Positions 1-14,060 of a DNA stretch of 64,000 nucleotides are shown piece after piece. The notes under the pieces were generated by a model. It ran no database searches. It was not told where the DNA came from and was given only the letters and a program-made list of their open reading frames with translations. Location of the stretch: contig OZ059899.1 of assembly GCA_964057225.1 (NCBI GenBank), positions 21,402,505 through 21,466,504 of the forward strand, written 5' to 3'. The stretch comes from Auanema rhodensis. Lineage: Eukaryota; Animalia; Nematoda. The translations under genes and the position numbers were made by a program. Each line of letters opens with the position of its first letter. The first letter of the stretch is position 1.

Positions 1-303
1 GCTTAAAAATCCGCATCGAATGCACTATACTACATTGAGAAACGCTTAATACAAAAATTAGTTATGATCGTTTGAAAAATGATGCATTAGTGTATGTTGA
101 GTTTCCATGTACACTCAACATTGCTTCCAAAAACATTTTGACAAAAATTTTTTCAAAAAATTTCAAAATAATTTAACAAAAAGTAGATGTTTTTAGATTC
201 CTTTTTTCAAGGCAAAGACGATGGACAATGTTATTCAACAAAAAAATTAATTCTTCAGGGTGAAAATCGAGGATATATGTGTGAACTTATATCAGTTGAT
301 ATC

Positions 304-370
304 TCGGTGCATTTTTAAGCTAGCGCAAATCTGATAACACAGATCGACGCAGCTTAAAAATCCGCATCGA
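304..370. other. 67-bp imperfect inverted repeat, present once per A monomer (first complete copy shown)
   Basis: TCGGTGC-ATTTTTAAGCT-A-GCG-CAA-ATCTG-[ATAACA]-CAGAT-CGA-CGC-AGCTTAAAAAT-CC-GCATCGA. Perfect 11-bp arms at 311-321 and 351-361, with inner GCG/CGC and ATCTG/CAGAT and outer TCGGTGC/GCATCGA (one G-T pair). Confidence 0.9.
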
Positions 371-2106
371 ATGCACTATACTACATTGAGAAACGCTTAA
401 TACAAAAATTAGTTATGATCGTTTGAAAAATGATGCATTAGTGTATGTTAAGTTTCCATGTACAATCAACATTGCTTCCAAAAACATTTTGACAAAAATT
501 TTTTCGAAAAATTTCAAAATAATTTAGCAAAAAGTAGATGTTTTTAGATTCCTTTTTTCAAGGCAAAGACGATGGACAATGTTATTCAACAAAAAAATTA
601 ATTCTTCAGGGTGAAAATCGAGGATATATGTGTGAACTTATATCAGTTGATATCTCGGTGCATTTTTAAGCTAGCGCAAATCTGATAACACAGATCGACG
701 CAGCTTAAAAATCCGCATCGAATGCACTATACTACATTGAGAAACGCTTAATACAAAAATTAGTTATGATCGTTTGAAAAATGATGCATTAGTGTATGTT
801 GAGTTTCCATGTACACTCAACATTGCTTCCAAAAACATTTTGACAAAAATTTTTTCAAAAAATTTCAAAATAATTTAGCAAAAAGTAGATGTTTTTAGAT
901 TCCTTTTTTCAAGGCGAAGACGATGGACAATGTTATTCAACGAAAAAATTAATTCTTCAGGGTGAAAATCGAGGATATAAGTGTGAACTTATATCAGTTG
1001 ATATCTCGGTGCATTTTTAAGCTAGCGCAAATCTGATAACACAGATCGACGCAGCTTAAAAATCCCCATTGAATGCACTATACTACATTGAGAAACGCTT
1101 AATTCAAAAAATTAGTTATGATCGTTTGAAAAATGATGCCTTAGTGTATGTTGAGTTTCCATGTACACTCAACATTGCTTCCAAAAACATTTTGACAAAA
1201 ATGTTTTCGAAAAATTTCAAAATAATTTAGCAAAAAGTAGATGTTTTTAGATTCCTTTTTTCAAGGCAAAGACGATGGACAATGTTATTCAACGAAAAAA
1301 TTAATTCTTCAGGGTGAAAATCGAGGATATATGTGTGAACTTATATCAGTTGATATCTCGGTGCATTTTTAAGCTAGCGCAAATCTGATCACACAGATCG
1401 ACGCAGCTTAAAAATCCGCATCGAATGCACTATACTACATTGAGAAACGCTTAATACAAAAATTAGTTATGATCGTTTGAAAAATGATGCATTAGTGTAT
1501 GTTGAGTTTCCATGTACACTCAACATTGCTTCCAAAAACATTTTGACAAAAATTTTTTCGAAAAATTTCAAATTAATTTAGCAAAAAGTAGATGTTTTTA
1601 GATTCCTTTTTTCAAGGCAAAGACGATGGACAATGTTATTCAACAAAAAAATTAATTCTTCAGGGTGAAAATCGAGGATATATGTGTGAACTTATATCAG
1701 TTGATATCTCGGTGCATTTTTAAGCTAGCGCAAATCTGATAACACAGATCGACGCAGCTTAAAAATCCGCATCGAATGCACTATACTACATTGAGAAACG
1801 CTTAATACAAAAATTAGTTATGATCGTTTGAAAAATGATGCATTAGTGTATGTTGAGTTTCCATGTACACTAACATTGCTTCCAAAAACATTTTGACAAA
1901 AATTTTTTCAAAAAATTTCAAAATAATTTAGCAAAAAGTAGATGTTTTTAGATTCCTTTTTTCAAGGCAAAGACGATGGACAATGTTATTCAACAAAAAA
2001 ATTAATTCTTCAGGGTGAAAATCGAGGATATATGTGTGAACTTATATCAGTTGATATCTCGGTGCATTTTTAAGCTAGCGCAAATCTGATAACACAGATC
2101 GACGCA

Positions 2107-4910
2107 GCTTAAAAATCCGCATCGAATGCACTATACTACATTGAGAAACGCTTAATACAAAAATTAGTTATGATCGTTTGAAAAATGATGCATTAGTGTA
2201 TGTTGAGTTTCCATGTACACTAACATTGCTTCCAAAAACATTTTGACAAAAATTTTTTCAAAAAATTTCAAAATAATTTAGCAAAAAGTAGATGTTTTTA
2301 GATTCCTTTTTTAAAGGCAAAGACGATGGACAATGTTATTCAACAAAAAAATTAATTCTTCAGGGTGAAAATCGAGGATATATGTGTGAACTTATATCAG
2401 TTGATATCTCGGTGCATTTTTAAGCTAGCGCAAATCTGATAACACAGATCGACGCAGCTTAAAAATCCGCATCGAATGCACTATACTACATTGAGAAACG
2501 CTTAATACAAAAATTAGTTATGATCGTTTGAAAAATGATGCATTAGTGTATGTTGAGTTTCCATGTACACTCAACATTGCTTCCAAAAACATTTTGACAA
2601 AAATTTTTTCGAAAAATTTCAAATTAATTTAGCAAAAAGTAGATGTTTTTAGATTCCTTTTTTCAAGGCAAAGACGATGGACAATGTTATTCAACAAAAA
2701 AATTAATTCTTCAGGGTGAAAATCGAGGATATATGTGTGAACTTATATCAGTTGATATCTCGGTGCATTTTTAAGCTAGCGCAAATCTGATAACACAGAT
2801 CGACGCAGCTTAAAAATCCGCATCGAATGCACTATACTACATTGAGAAACGCTTAATACAAAAAATAGTTATGATCGTTTGAAAAATGATGCATTAGTGT
2901 ATGTTGAGTTTCCATGTACACTAACATTGCTTCCAAAAACATTTTGACAAAAATTTTTTCAAAAAATTTCAAAATAATTTAGCAAAAAGTAGATGTTTTT
3001 AGATTCCTTTTTTCAAGGCGAAGACGATGGACAATGTTATTCAACGAAAAAATTAATTCTTCAGGGTGAAAATCGAGGATATAAGTGTGAACTTATATCA
3101 GTTGATATCTCGGTGCATTTTTAAGCTAGCGCAAATCTGATAACACAGATCGACGCAGCTTAAAAATCCCCATCGAATGCACTATACAACATTGAGAAAC
3201 GCTTAATACAAAAATTAGTTATGATCGTTTGAAAAATGATGCATTAGTGTATGTTGAGTTTCCATGTACACTCAACATTGCTTCCAAAAACATTTTGACA
3301 AAAATTTTTTCGAAAAATTTCAAAATAATTTAGCAAAAAGTAGATGTTTTTAGATTCCTTTTTTCAAGGCAAAGACGATGGACAATGTTATTCAACGAAA
3401 AAATTAATTCTTCAGGGTGAAAATCGAGGATATATGTGTGAACTTATATCAGTTGATATCTCGGTGCATTTTTAAGCTAGCGCAAATCTGATAACACAGA
3501 TCGACGCAGCTTAAAAATCCGCATCGAATGCACTATACTACATTGAGAAACGCTTAATACAAAAATTAGTTATGATCGTTTGAAAAATGATGCATTAGTG
3601 TATGTTGAGTTTCCATGTACACTAACATTGCTTCCAAAAACATTTTGACAAAAATTTTTTCAAAAAATTTCAAAATAATTTAGCAAAAAGTAGATGTTTT
3701 TAGATTTCTTTTTTAAAGGCAAAGACGATGGACAATGTTATTCAACAAAAAAATTAATTCTTCAGGGTGAAAATCGAGGATATATGTGTGAACTTATATC
3801 AGTTGATATCTCGGTGCATTTTTAAGCTAGCGCAAATCTGATAACACAGATCGACGCAGCTTAAAAATCCGCATCGAATGCACTATACTACATTGAGAAA
3901 CGCTTAATACAAAAATTAGTTATGATCGTTTGAAAAATGATGCATTAGTGTATGTTGAGTTTCCATGTACACTCAACATTGCTTCCAAAAACATTTTGAC
4001 AAAAATTTTTTCGAAAAATTTCAAATTAATTTAGCAAAAAGTAGATGTTTTTAGATTCCTTTTTTCAAGGCAAAGACGATGGACAATGTTATTCAACAAA
4101 AAAATTAATTCTTCAGGGTGAAAATCGAGGATATATGTGTGAACTTATATCAGTTGATATCTCGGTGCATTTTTAAGCTAGCGCAAATCTGATAACACAG
4201 ATCGACGCAGCTTAAAAATCCGCATCGAATGCACTATACTACATTGAGAAACGCTTAATACAAAAATTAGTTATGATCGTTTGAAAAATGATGCATTAGT
4301 GTATGTTGAGTTTCCATGTACACTAACATTGCTTCCAAAAACATTTTGACAAAAATTTTTTCAAAAAATTTCAAAATAATTTAGCAAAAAGTAGATGTTT
4401 TTAGATTCCTTTTTTCAAGGCGAAGACGATGGACAATGTTATTCAACGAAAAAATTAATTCTTCAGGGTGAAAATCGAGGATATAAGTGTGAACTTATAT
4501 CAGTTGATATCTCGGTGCATTTTTAAGCTAGCGCAAATCTGATAACACAGATCGACGCAGCTTAAAAATCCCCATCGAATGCACTATACTACATTGAGAA
4601 ACGCTTAATACAAAAATTAGTTATGATCGTTTGAAAAATGATGCATTAGTGTATGTTGAGTTTCCATGTACACTGAACATTGCTTCCAAAAACATTTTGA
4701 CAAAAATTTTTTCGAAAAATTTCAAAATAATTTAGCAAAAAGTAGATGTTTTTAGATTCCTTTTTTCAAGGCAAAGACGATGGACAATGTTATTCAACGA
4801 AAAAATTAATTCTTCAGGGTGAAAATCGAGGATATATGTGTGAACTTATATCAGTTGATATCTCGGTGCATTTTTAAGCTAGCGCAAATCTGATAACACA
4901 GATCGACGCA
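2107..4910. repeat. 4-monomer (1402-bp) tandem duplication within satellite A
   Basis: Monomers at 2107/2457/2808/3158 match those at 3509/3859/4210/4560 in the order of their markers: ACTAAC deletion with TTTTTTAAAGGC; CAAATTAATTT; ACTAAC with GGCGAAG and ATAAGT; CCCCAT. Confidence 0.85.
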
Positions 4911-7900
4911 GCTTAAAAATCCGCATCGAATGCACTATACTACATTGAGAAACGCTTAATACAAAAATTAGTTATGATCGTTTGAAAAATGATGCATTAG
5001 TGTATGTTGAGTTTCCATGTACACTCAACATTGCTTCCAAAAACATTTTGACAAAAATTTTTTCAAAAAATTTCAAAATAATTTAGCAAAAAGTAGATGT
5101 TTTTAGATTCCTTTTTTCAAGGCGAAGACGATGGACAATGTTATTCAACGAAAAAATTAATTCTTCAGGGTGAAAATCGAGGATATAAGTGTGAACTTAT
5201 ATCAGTTGATATCTCGGTGCATTTTTAAGCTAGCGCAAATCTGATAACACAGATCGACGCAGCTTAAAAATCCCCATCGAATGCACTATACTACATTGAG
5301 AAACGCTTAATTCAAAAAATTAGTTATGATCGTTTGAAAAATGATGCCTTAGTGTATGTTGAGTTTCCATGTACACTCAACATTGCTTCCAAAAACATTT
5401 TGACAAAAATTTTTTCGAAAAATTTCAAAATAATTTAGCAAAAAGTAGATGTTTTTAGATTCCTTTTTTCAAGGCAAAGACGATGGACAATGTTATTCAA
5501 CGAAAAAATTAATTCTTCAGGGTGAAAATCGAGGATATAAGTGTGAACTTATATCAGTTGATATCTCGGTGCATTTTTAAGCTAGCGCAAATCTGATAAC
5601 ACAGATCGACGCAGCTTAAAAATCCCCATCGAATGCACTATACTACATTGAGAAACGCTTAATTCAAAAAATTAGTTATGATCGTTTGAAAAATGATGCC
5701 TTAGTGTATGTTGAGTTTCCATGTACACTCAACATTGCTTCCAAAAACATTTTGACAAAAATTTTTTCGAAAAATTTCAAAATAATTTAGCAAAAAGTAG
5801 ATGTTTTTAGATTCCTTTTTTCAAGGCAAAGACGATGGACAATGTTATTCAACGAAAAAATTAATTCTTCAGGGTGAAAATCGAGGATATATGTGTGAAC
5901 TTATATCAGTTGATATCTCGGTGCATTTTTAAGCTAGCGCAAATCTAATAATACAGATCGACGCAGCTTAAAAATCCGCATCGAATGCACTATACTACAT
6001 TGAGAAACGCTTAATACAAAAATTAGTTATGATCGTTTGAAAAATGATGCCTTAGTGTATGTTGAGTTTCCATGTACACTCAACATTGCTTCCAAAAACA
6101 TTTTGACAAAAATTGTTTCGAAAAATTTCAAAATAATTTAGCAAAAAGTAGATGTTTTTAGATTCCTTTTTTCAAGGCAAAGACGATGGACAATGTGATT
6201 CAACGAAAAAATTAATTCTTCAGGGTGAAAATCGAGGATATATGTGTGAACTTATATCAGTTGATATCTCGGTGCATTTTTAAGCTAGCGCAAATCTGAT
6301 AACACAGATCGACGCAGCTTAAAAATCCGCATCGAATGCACTATACTACATTGAGAAACGCTTAATACAAAAATTAGTTATGATCGTTTGAAAAATGATG
6401 CCTTAGTGTATGTTGAGTTTCCATGTACACTCAACATTGCTTCCAAAAACATTTTGACAAAAATTTTTTCGAAAAATTTCAAAATAATTTAGCAAAAAGT
6501 AGATGTTTTTAGATTCCTTTTTTCAAGGCAAAGACGATGGACAATGTTATTCAACAAAAAAATTAATTCTTCAGGGTGAAAATCGAGGATATATGTGTGA
6601 ACTTATATCAGTTGATATCTCGGTGCATTTTTAAGCTAGCGCAAATCTGATAACACAGATCGACGCAGCTTAAAAATCCGCATCGAATGCACTATACTAC
6701 ATTGAGAAACGCTTAATACAAAAATTAGTTATGATCGTTTGAAAAATGATGCCTTAGTGTATGTTGAGTTTCCATGTACACTCAACATTGCTTCCAAAAA
6801 CATTTTGACAAAAATTTTTTCAAAAAATTTCAAAATAATTTAACAAAAAGTAGATGTTTTTAGATTCCTTTTTTCAAGGCGAAGACGATGGACAATGTTA
6901 TTCAACGAAAAAATTAATTCTTCAGGGTGAAAATCGAGGATATAAGTGTGAACTTATATCAGTTGATATCTCGGTGCATTTTTAAGCTAGCGCAAATCTG
7001 ATAACACAGATCGACGCAGCTTAAAAATCCGCATCGAATGCACTATACTACATTGAGAAACGCTTAATACAAAAATTAGTTATGATCGTTTGAAAAATGA
7101 TGCATTAGTGTATGTTGAGTTTCCATGTACACTCAACATTGCTTCCAAAAACATTTTGACAAAAATTTTTTCAAAAAATTTCAAAATAATTTAGCAAAAA
7201 GTAGATGTTTTTAGATTCCTTTTTTCAAGGCGAAGACGATGGACAATGTTATTCAACGAAAAAATTAATTCTTCAGGGTGAAAATCGAGGATATAAGTGT
7301 GAACTTATATCAGTTGATATCTCGGTGCATTTTTAAGCTAGCGCAAATCTGATAACACAGATCGACGCAGCTTAAAAATCCCCATCGAATGCACTATACT
7401 ACATTGAGAAACGCTTAATTCAAAAAATTAGTTATGATCGTTTGAAAAATGATGCCTTAGTGTATGTTGAGTTTCCATGTACACTCAACATTGCTTCCAA
7501 AAACATTTTGACAAAAATTTTTTCGAAAAATTTCAAAATAATTTAGCAAAAAGTAGATGTTTTTAGATTCCTTTTTTCAAGGCAAAGACGATGGACAATG
7601 TTATTCAACGAAAAAATTAATTCTTCAGGGTGAAAATCGAGGATATAAGTGTGAACTTATATCAGTTGATATCTCGGTGCATTTTTAAGCTAGCGCAAAT
7701 CTGATAACACAGATCGACGCAGCTTAAAAATCCCCATCGAATGCACTATACTACATTGAGAAACGCTTAATTCAAAAAATTAGTTATGATCGTTTGAAAA
7801 ATGATGCCTTAGTGTATGTTGAGTTTCCATGTACACTCAACATTGCTTCCAAAAACATTTTGACAAAAATTTTTTCGAAAAATTTCAAAATAATTTAGCA

Positions 7901-10900
7901 AAAAGTAGATGTTTTTAGATTCCTTTTTTCAAGGCAAAGACGATGGACAATGTTATTCAACGAAAAAATTAATTCTTCAGGGTGAAAATCGAGGATATAT
8001 GTGTGAACTTATATCAGTTGATATCTCGGTGCATTTTTAAGCTAGCGCAAATCTAATAATACAGATCGACGCAGCTTAAAAATCCGCATCGAATGCACTA
8101 TACTACATTGAGAAACGCTTAATACAAAAATTAGTTATGATCGTTTGAAAAATGATGCCTTAGTGTATGTTGAGTTTCCATGTACACTCAACATTGCTTC
8201 CAAAAACATTTTGACAAAAATTGTTTCGAAAAATTTCAAAATAATTTAGCAAAAAGTAGATGTTTTTAGATTCCTTTTTTCAAGGCAAAGACGATGGACA
8301 ATGTGATTCAACGAAAAAATTAATTCTTCAGGGTGAAAATCGAGGATATATGTGTGAACTTATATCAGTTGATATCTCGGTGCATTTTTAAGCTAGCGCA
8401 AATCTGATAACACAGATCGACGCAGCTTAAAAATCCGCATCGAATGCACTATACTACATTGAGAAACGCTTAATACAAAAATTAGTTATGATCGTTTGAA
8501 AAATGATGCCTTAGTGTATGTTGAGTTTCCATGTACACTCAACATTGCTTCCAAAAACATTTTGACAAAAATTTTTTCGAAAAATTTCAAAATAATTTAG
8601 CAAAAAGTAGATGTTTTTAGATTCCTTTTTTCAAGGCAAAGACGATGGACAATGTTATTCAACAAAAAAATTAATTCTTCAGGGTGAAAATCGAGGATAT
8701 ATGTGTGAACTTATATCAGTTGATATCTCGGTGCATTTTTAAGCTAGCGCAAATCTGATAACACAGATCGACGCAGCTTAAAAATCCGCATCGAATGCAC
8801 TATACTACATTGAGAAACGCTTAATACAAAAATTAGTTATGATCGTTTGAAAAATGATGCATTAGTGTATGTTGAGTTTCCATGTACACTCAACATTGCT
8901 TCCAAAAACATTTTGACAAAAATTTTTTCAAAAAATTTCAAAATAATTTAACAAAAAGTAGATGTTTTTAGATTCCTTTTTTCAAGGCGAAGACGATGGA
9001 CAATGTTATTCAACGAAAAAATTAATTCTTCAGGGTGAAAATCGAGGATATAAGTGTGAACTTATATCAGTTGATATCTCGGTGCATTTTTAAGCTAGCG
9101 CAAATCTGATAACACAGATCGACGCAGCTTAAAAATCCCCATCGAATGCACTATACTACATTGAGAAACGCTTAATTCAAAAAATTAGTTATGATCGTTT
9201 GAAAAATGATGCCTTAGTGTATGTTGAGTTTCCATGTACACTCAACATTGCTTCCAAAAACATTTTGACAAAAATTTTTTCGAAAAATTTCAAAATAATT
9301 TAGCAAAAAGTAGATGTTTTTAGATTCCTTTTTTCAAGGCAAAGACGATGGACAATGTTATTCAACGAAAAAATTAATTCTTCAGGGTGAAAATCGAGGA
9401 TATATGTGTGAACTTATATCAGTTGATATCTCGGTGCATTTTTAAGCTAGCGCAAATCTGATAACACAGATCGACGCAGCTTAAAAATCCGCATCGAATG
9501 CACTATACTACATTGAGAAACGCTTAATACAAAAATTAGTTATGATCGTTTGAAAAATGATGCCTTAGTGTATGTTGAGTTTCCATGTACACTCAACATT
9601 GCTTCCAAAAACATTTTGACAAAAATTTTTTCAAAAAATTTCAAAATAATTTAACAAAAAGTAGATGTTTTTAGATTCCTTTTTTCAAGGCGAAGACGAT
9701 GGACAATGTTATTCAACGAAAAAATTAATTCTTCAGGGTGAAAATCGAGGATATAAGTGTGAACTTATATCAGTTGATATCTCGGTGCATTTTTAAGCTA
9801 GCGCAAATCTGATAACACAGATCGACGCAGCTTAAAAATCCGCATCGAATGCACTATACTACATTGAGAAACGCTTAATACAAAAATTAGTTATGATCGT
9901 TTGAAAAATGATGCCTTAGTGTATGTTGAGTTTCCATGTACACTCAACATTGCTTCCAAAAACATTTTGACAAAAATTTTTTCGAAAAATTTCAAAATAA
10001 TTTAGCAAAAAGTAGATGTTTTTAGATTCCTTTTTTCAAGGCAAAGACGATGGACAATGTTATTCAACGAAAAAATTAATTCTTCAGGGTGAAAATCGAG
10101 GATATATGTGTGAACTTATATCAGTTGATATCTCGGTGCATTTTTAAGCTAGCGCAAATCTAATAATACAGATCGACGCAGCTTAAAAATCCGCATCGAA
10201 TGCACTATACTACATTGAGAAACGCTTAATACAAAAATTAGTTATGATCGTTTGAAAAATGATGCCTTAGTGTATGTTGAGTTTCCATGTACACTCAACA
10301 TTGCTTCCAAAAACATTTTGACAAAAATTTTTTCGAAAAATTTCAAAATAATTTAGCAAAAAGTAGATGTTTTTAGATTCCTTTTTTCAAGGCAAAGACG
10401 ATGGACAATGTGATTCAACGAAAAAATTAATTCTTCAGGGTGAAAATCGAGGATATATGTGTGAACTTATATCAGTTGATATCTCGGTGCATTTTTAAGC
10501 TAGCGCAAATCTGATAACACAGATCGACGCAGCTTAAAAATCCGCATCGAATGCACTATACTACATTGAGAAACGCTTAATACAAAAATTAGTTATGATC
10601 GTTTGAAAAATGATGCCTTAGTGTATGTTGAGTTTCCATGTACACTCAACATTGCTTCCAAAAACATTTTGACAAAAATTTTTTCGAAAAATTTCAAAAT
10701 AATTTAGCAAAAAGTAGATGTTTTTAGATTCCTTTTTTCAAGGCAAAGACGATGGACAATGTTATTCAACAAAAAAATTAATTCTTCAGGGTGAAAATCG
10801 AGGATATATGTGTGAACTTATATCAGTTGATATCTCGGTGCATTTTTAAGCTAGCGCAAATCTGATAACACAGATCGACGCAGCTTAAAAATCCGCATCG

Positions 10901-12100
10901 AATGCACTATACTACATTGAGAAACGCTTAATACAAAAATTAGTTATGATCGTTTGAAAAATGATGCATTAGTGTATGTTGAGTTTCCATGTACACTCAA
11001 CATTGCTTCCAAAAACATTTTGACAAAAATTTTTTCAAAAAATTTCAAAATAATTTAACAAAAAGTAGATGTTTTTAGATTCCTTTTTTCAAGGCGAAGA
11101 CGATGGACAATGTTATTCAACGAAAAAATTAATTCTTCAGGGTGAAAATCGAGGATATAAGTGTGAACTTATATCAGTTGATATCTCGGTGCATTTTTAA
11201 GCTAGCGCAAATCTGATAACACAGATCGACGCAGCTTAAAAATCCCCATCGAATGCACTATACTACATTGAGAAACGCTTAATTCAAAAAATTAGTTATG
11301 ATCGTTTGAAAAATGATGCCTTAGTGTATGTTGAGTTTCCATGTACACTCAACATTGCTTCCAAAAACATTTTGACAAAAATTTTTTCGAAAAATTTCAA
11401 AATAATTTAGCAAAAAGTAGATGTTTTTAGATTCCTTTTTTCAAGGCAAAGACGATGGACAATGTTATTCAACGAAAAAATTAATTCTTCAGGGTGAAAA
11501 TCGAGGATATATGTGTGAACTTATATCAGTTGATATCTCGGTGCATTTTTAAGCTAGCGCAAATCTGATAACACAGATCGACGCAGCTTAAAAATCCGCA
11601 TCGAATGCACTATACTACATTGAGAAACGCTTAATACAAAAATTAGTTATGATCGTTTGAAAAATGATGCCTTAGTGTATGTTGAGTTTCCATGTACACT
11701 CAACATTGCTTCCAAAAACATTTTGACAAAAATTTTTTCAAAAAATTTCAAAATAATTTAACAAAAAGTAGATGTTTTTAGATTCCTTTTTTCAAGGCGA
11801 AGACGATGGACAATGTTATTCAACGAAAAAATTAATTCTTCAGGGTGAAAATCGAGGATATAAGTGTGAACTTATATCAGTTGATATCTCGGTGCATTTT
11901 TAAGCTAGCGCAAATCTGATAACACAGATCGACGCAGCTTAAAAATCCGCATCGAATGCACTATACTACATTGAGAAACGCTTAATACAAAAATTAGTTA
12001 TGATCGTTTGAAAAATGATGCCTTAGTGTATGTTGAGTTTCCATGTACACTCAACATTGCTTCCAAAAACATTTTGACAAAAATTTTTTCGAAAAATTTC
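4911..12100. repeat. Local 6-monomer (2107-2108 bp) higher-order periodicity within satellite A
   Basis: Rare variant CTAATAATACAG at about 5945, 8053 and 10160; AATGTGATTC at about 6192, 8300 and 10407. Monomer types from 4911 recur from 7019, and those from 8074 recur from 10181. Confidence 0.85.
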
Positions 12101-14060
12101 AAAATAATTTAGCAAAAAGTAGATGTTTTTAGATTCCTTTTTTCAAGTCAAAGACGATGGACAATGTTATTCAACAAAAAAATTAATTCTTCAGGGTGAA
12201 AATCGAGGATATATGTGTGAACTTATATCAGTTGATATCTCGGTGCATTTTTAAGCTAGCGCAAATCTGATAACACAGATCGACGCAGCTTAAAAATCTG
12301 CATCGAATGCACTATACTACATTGAGAAACGCTTAATACAAAAATTAGTTATGATCGTTTGAAAAATGATGCATTAGTGTATGTTGAGTTTCCATGTACA
12401 CTCAACATTGCTTCCAAAAACATTTTGACAAAAATTTTTTCAAAAAATTTCAAAATAATTTAACAAAAAGTAGATGTTTTTAGATTCCTTTTTTCAAGGC
12501 GAAGACGATGGACAATGTTATTCAACGAAAAAATTAATTCTTCAGGGTGAAAATCGAGGATATAAGTGTGAACTTATATCAGTTGATATCTCGGTGCATT
12601 TTTAAGCTAGCGCAAATCTGATAACACAGATCGACGCAGCTTAAAAATCCCCATCGAATGCACTATACTACATTGAGAAACGCTTAATTCAAAAAATTAG
12701 TTATGATCGTTTGAAAAATGATGCCTTAGTGTATGTTGAGTTTCCATGTACACTCAACATTGCTTCCAAAAACATTTTGACAAAAATTTTTTCGAAAAAT
12801 TTCAAAATAATTTAGCAAAAAGTAGATGTTTTTAGATTCCTTTTTTCAAGGCAAAGACGATGGACAATGTTATTCAACGAAAAAATTAATTCTTCAGGGT
12901 GAAAATCGAGGATATATGTGTGAACTTATATCAGTTGATATCTCGGTGCATTTTTAAGCTAGCGCAAATCTGATAACACAGATCGACGCAGCTTAAAAAT
13001 CCGCATCGAATGCACTATACTACATTGAGAAACGCTTAATACAAAAATTAGTTATGATCGTTTGAAAAATGATGCATTAGTGTATGTTGAGTTTCCATGT
13101 ACACTCAACATTGCTTCCAAAAACATTTTGACAAAAATTTTTTCAAAAAATTTCAAAATAATTTAACAAAAAGTAGATGTTTTTAGATTCCTTTTTTCAA
13201 GGCGAAGACGATGGACAATGTTATTCAACGAAAAAATTAATTCTTCAGGGTGAAAATCGAGGATATAAGTGTGAACTTATATCAGTTGATATCTCGGTGC
13301 ATTTTTAAGCTAGCGCAAATCTGATAACACAGATCGACGCAGCTTAAAAATCCCCATCGAATGCACTATACTACATTGAGAAACGCTTAATTCAAAAAAT
13401 TAGTTATGATCGTTTGAAAAATGATGCCTTAGTGTATGTTGAGTTTCCATGTACACTCAACATTGCTTCCAAAAACATTTTGACAAAAATTTTTTCGAAA
13501 AATTTCAAAATAATTTAGCAAAAAGTAGATGTTTTTAGATTCCTTTTTTCAAGGCAAAGACGATGGACAATGTTATTCAACGAAAAAATTAATTCTTCAG
13601 GGTGAAAATCGAGGATATAAGTGTGAACTTATATCAGTTGATATCTCGGTGAATTTTTAAGCTAGCGCAAATCTGATAACACAGATCGACGCAGCTTAAA
13701 AATCCCCATCGAATGCACTATACTACATTGAGAAACGCTTAATACAAAAATTAGTTATGATCGTTTGAAAAATGATGCATTAGTGTATGTTGAGTTTCCA
13801 TGTACACTCAACATTGCTTCCAAAAACATTTTGACAAAAATTTTTTCGAAAAATTTCAAAATAATTTAGCAAAAAGTAGATGTTTTTAGATTCCTTTTTT
13901 CAAGGCAAAGACGATGGACAATGTTATTCAACGAAAAAATTGATTCTTCAGGGTGAAAATCGAGGATATATGTGTAAACTTATATCAGTTGATATCTCGG
14001 TGCATTTTTAAGCTAGCGCAAATCTGATAACACAGATCGACGCAGCTTAAAAATCCGCAT

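Noticed and set aside
195-340. Hammerhead ribozyme as found in some satellites (minus-strand CTGAAGA at 252-258; plus-strand CTGATAA at 331-337)
   Set aside because: The minus-strand box is not followed by a stem II closed by GAAA that I could pair, and the plus-strand word does not fit CUGANGA. An Infernal/Rfam search would be decisive.
1-351. tRNA, 5S or snRNA tandem gene unit, or Pol III promoter
   Set aside because: No cloverleaf, no recognisable 5S/snRNA sequence and no convincing A/B box.
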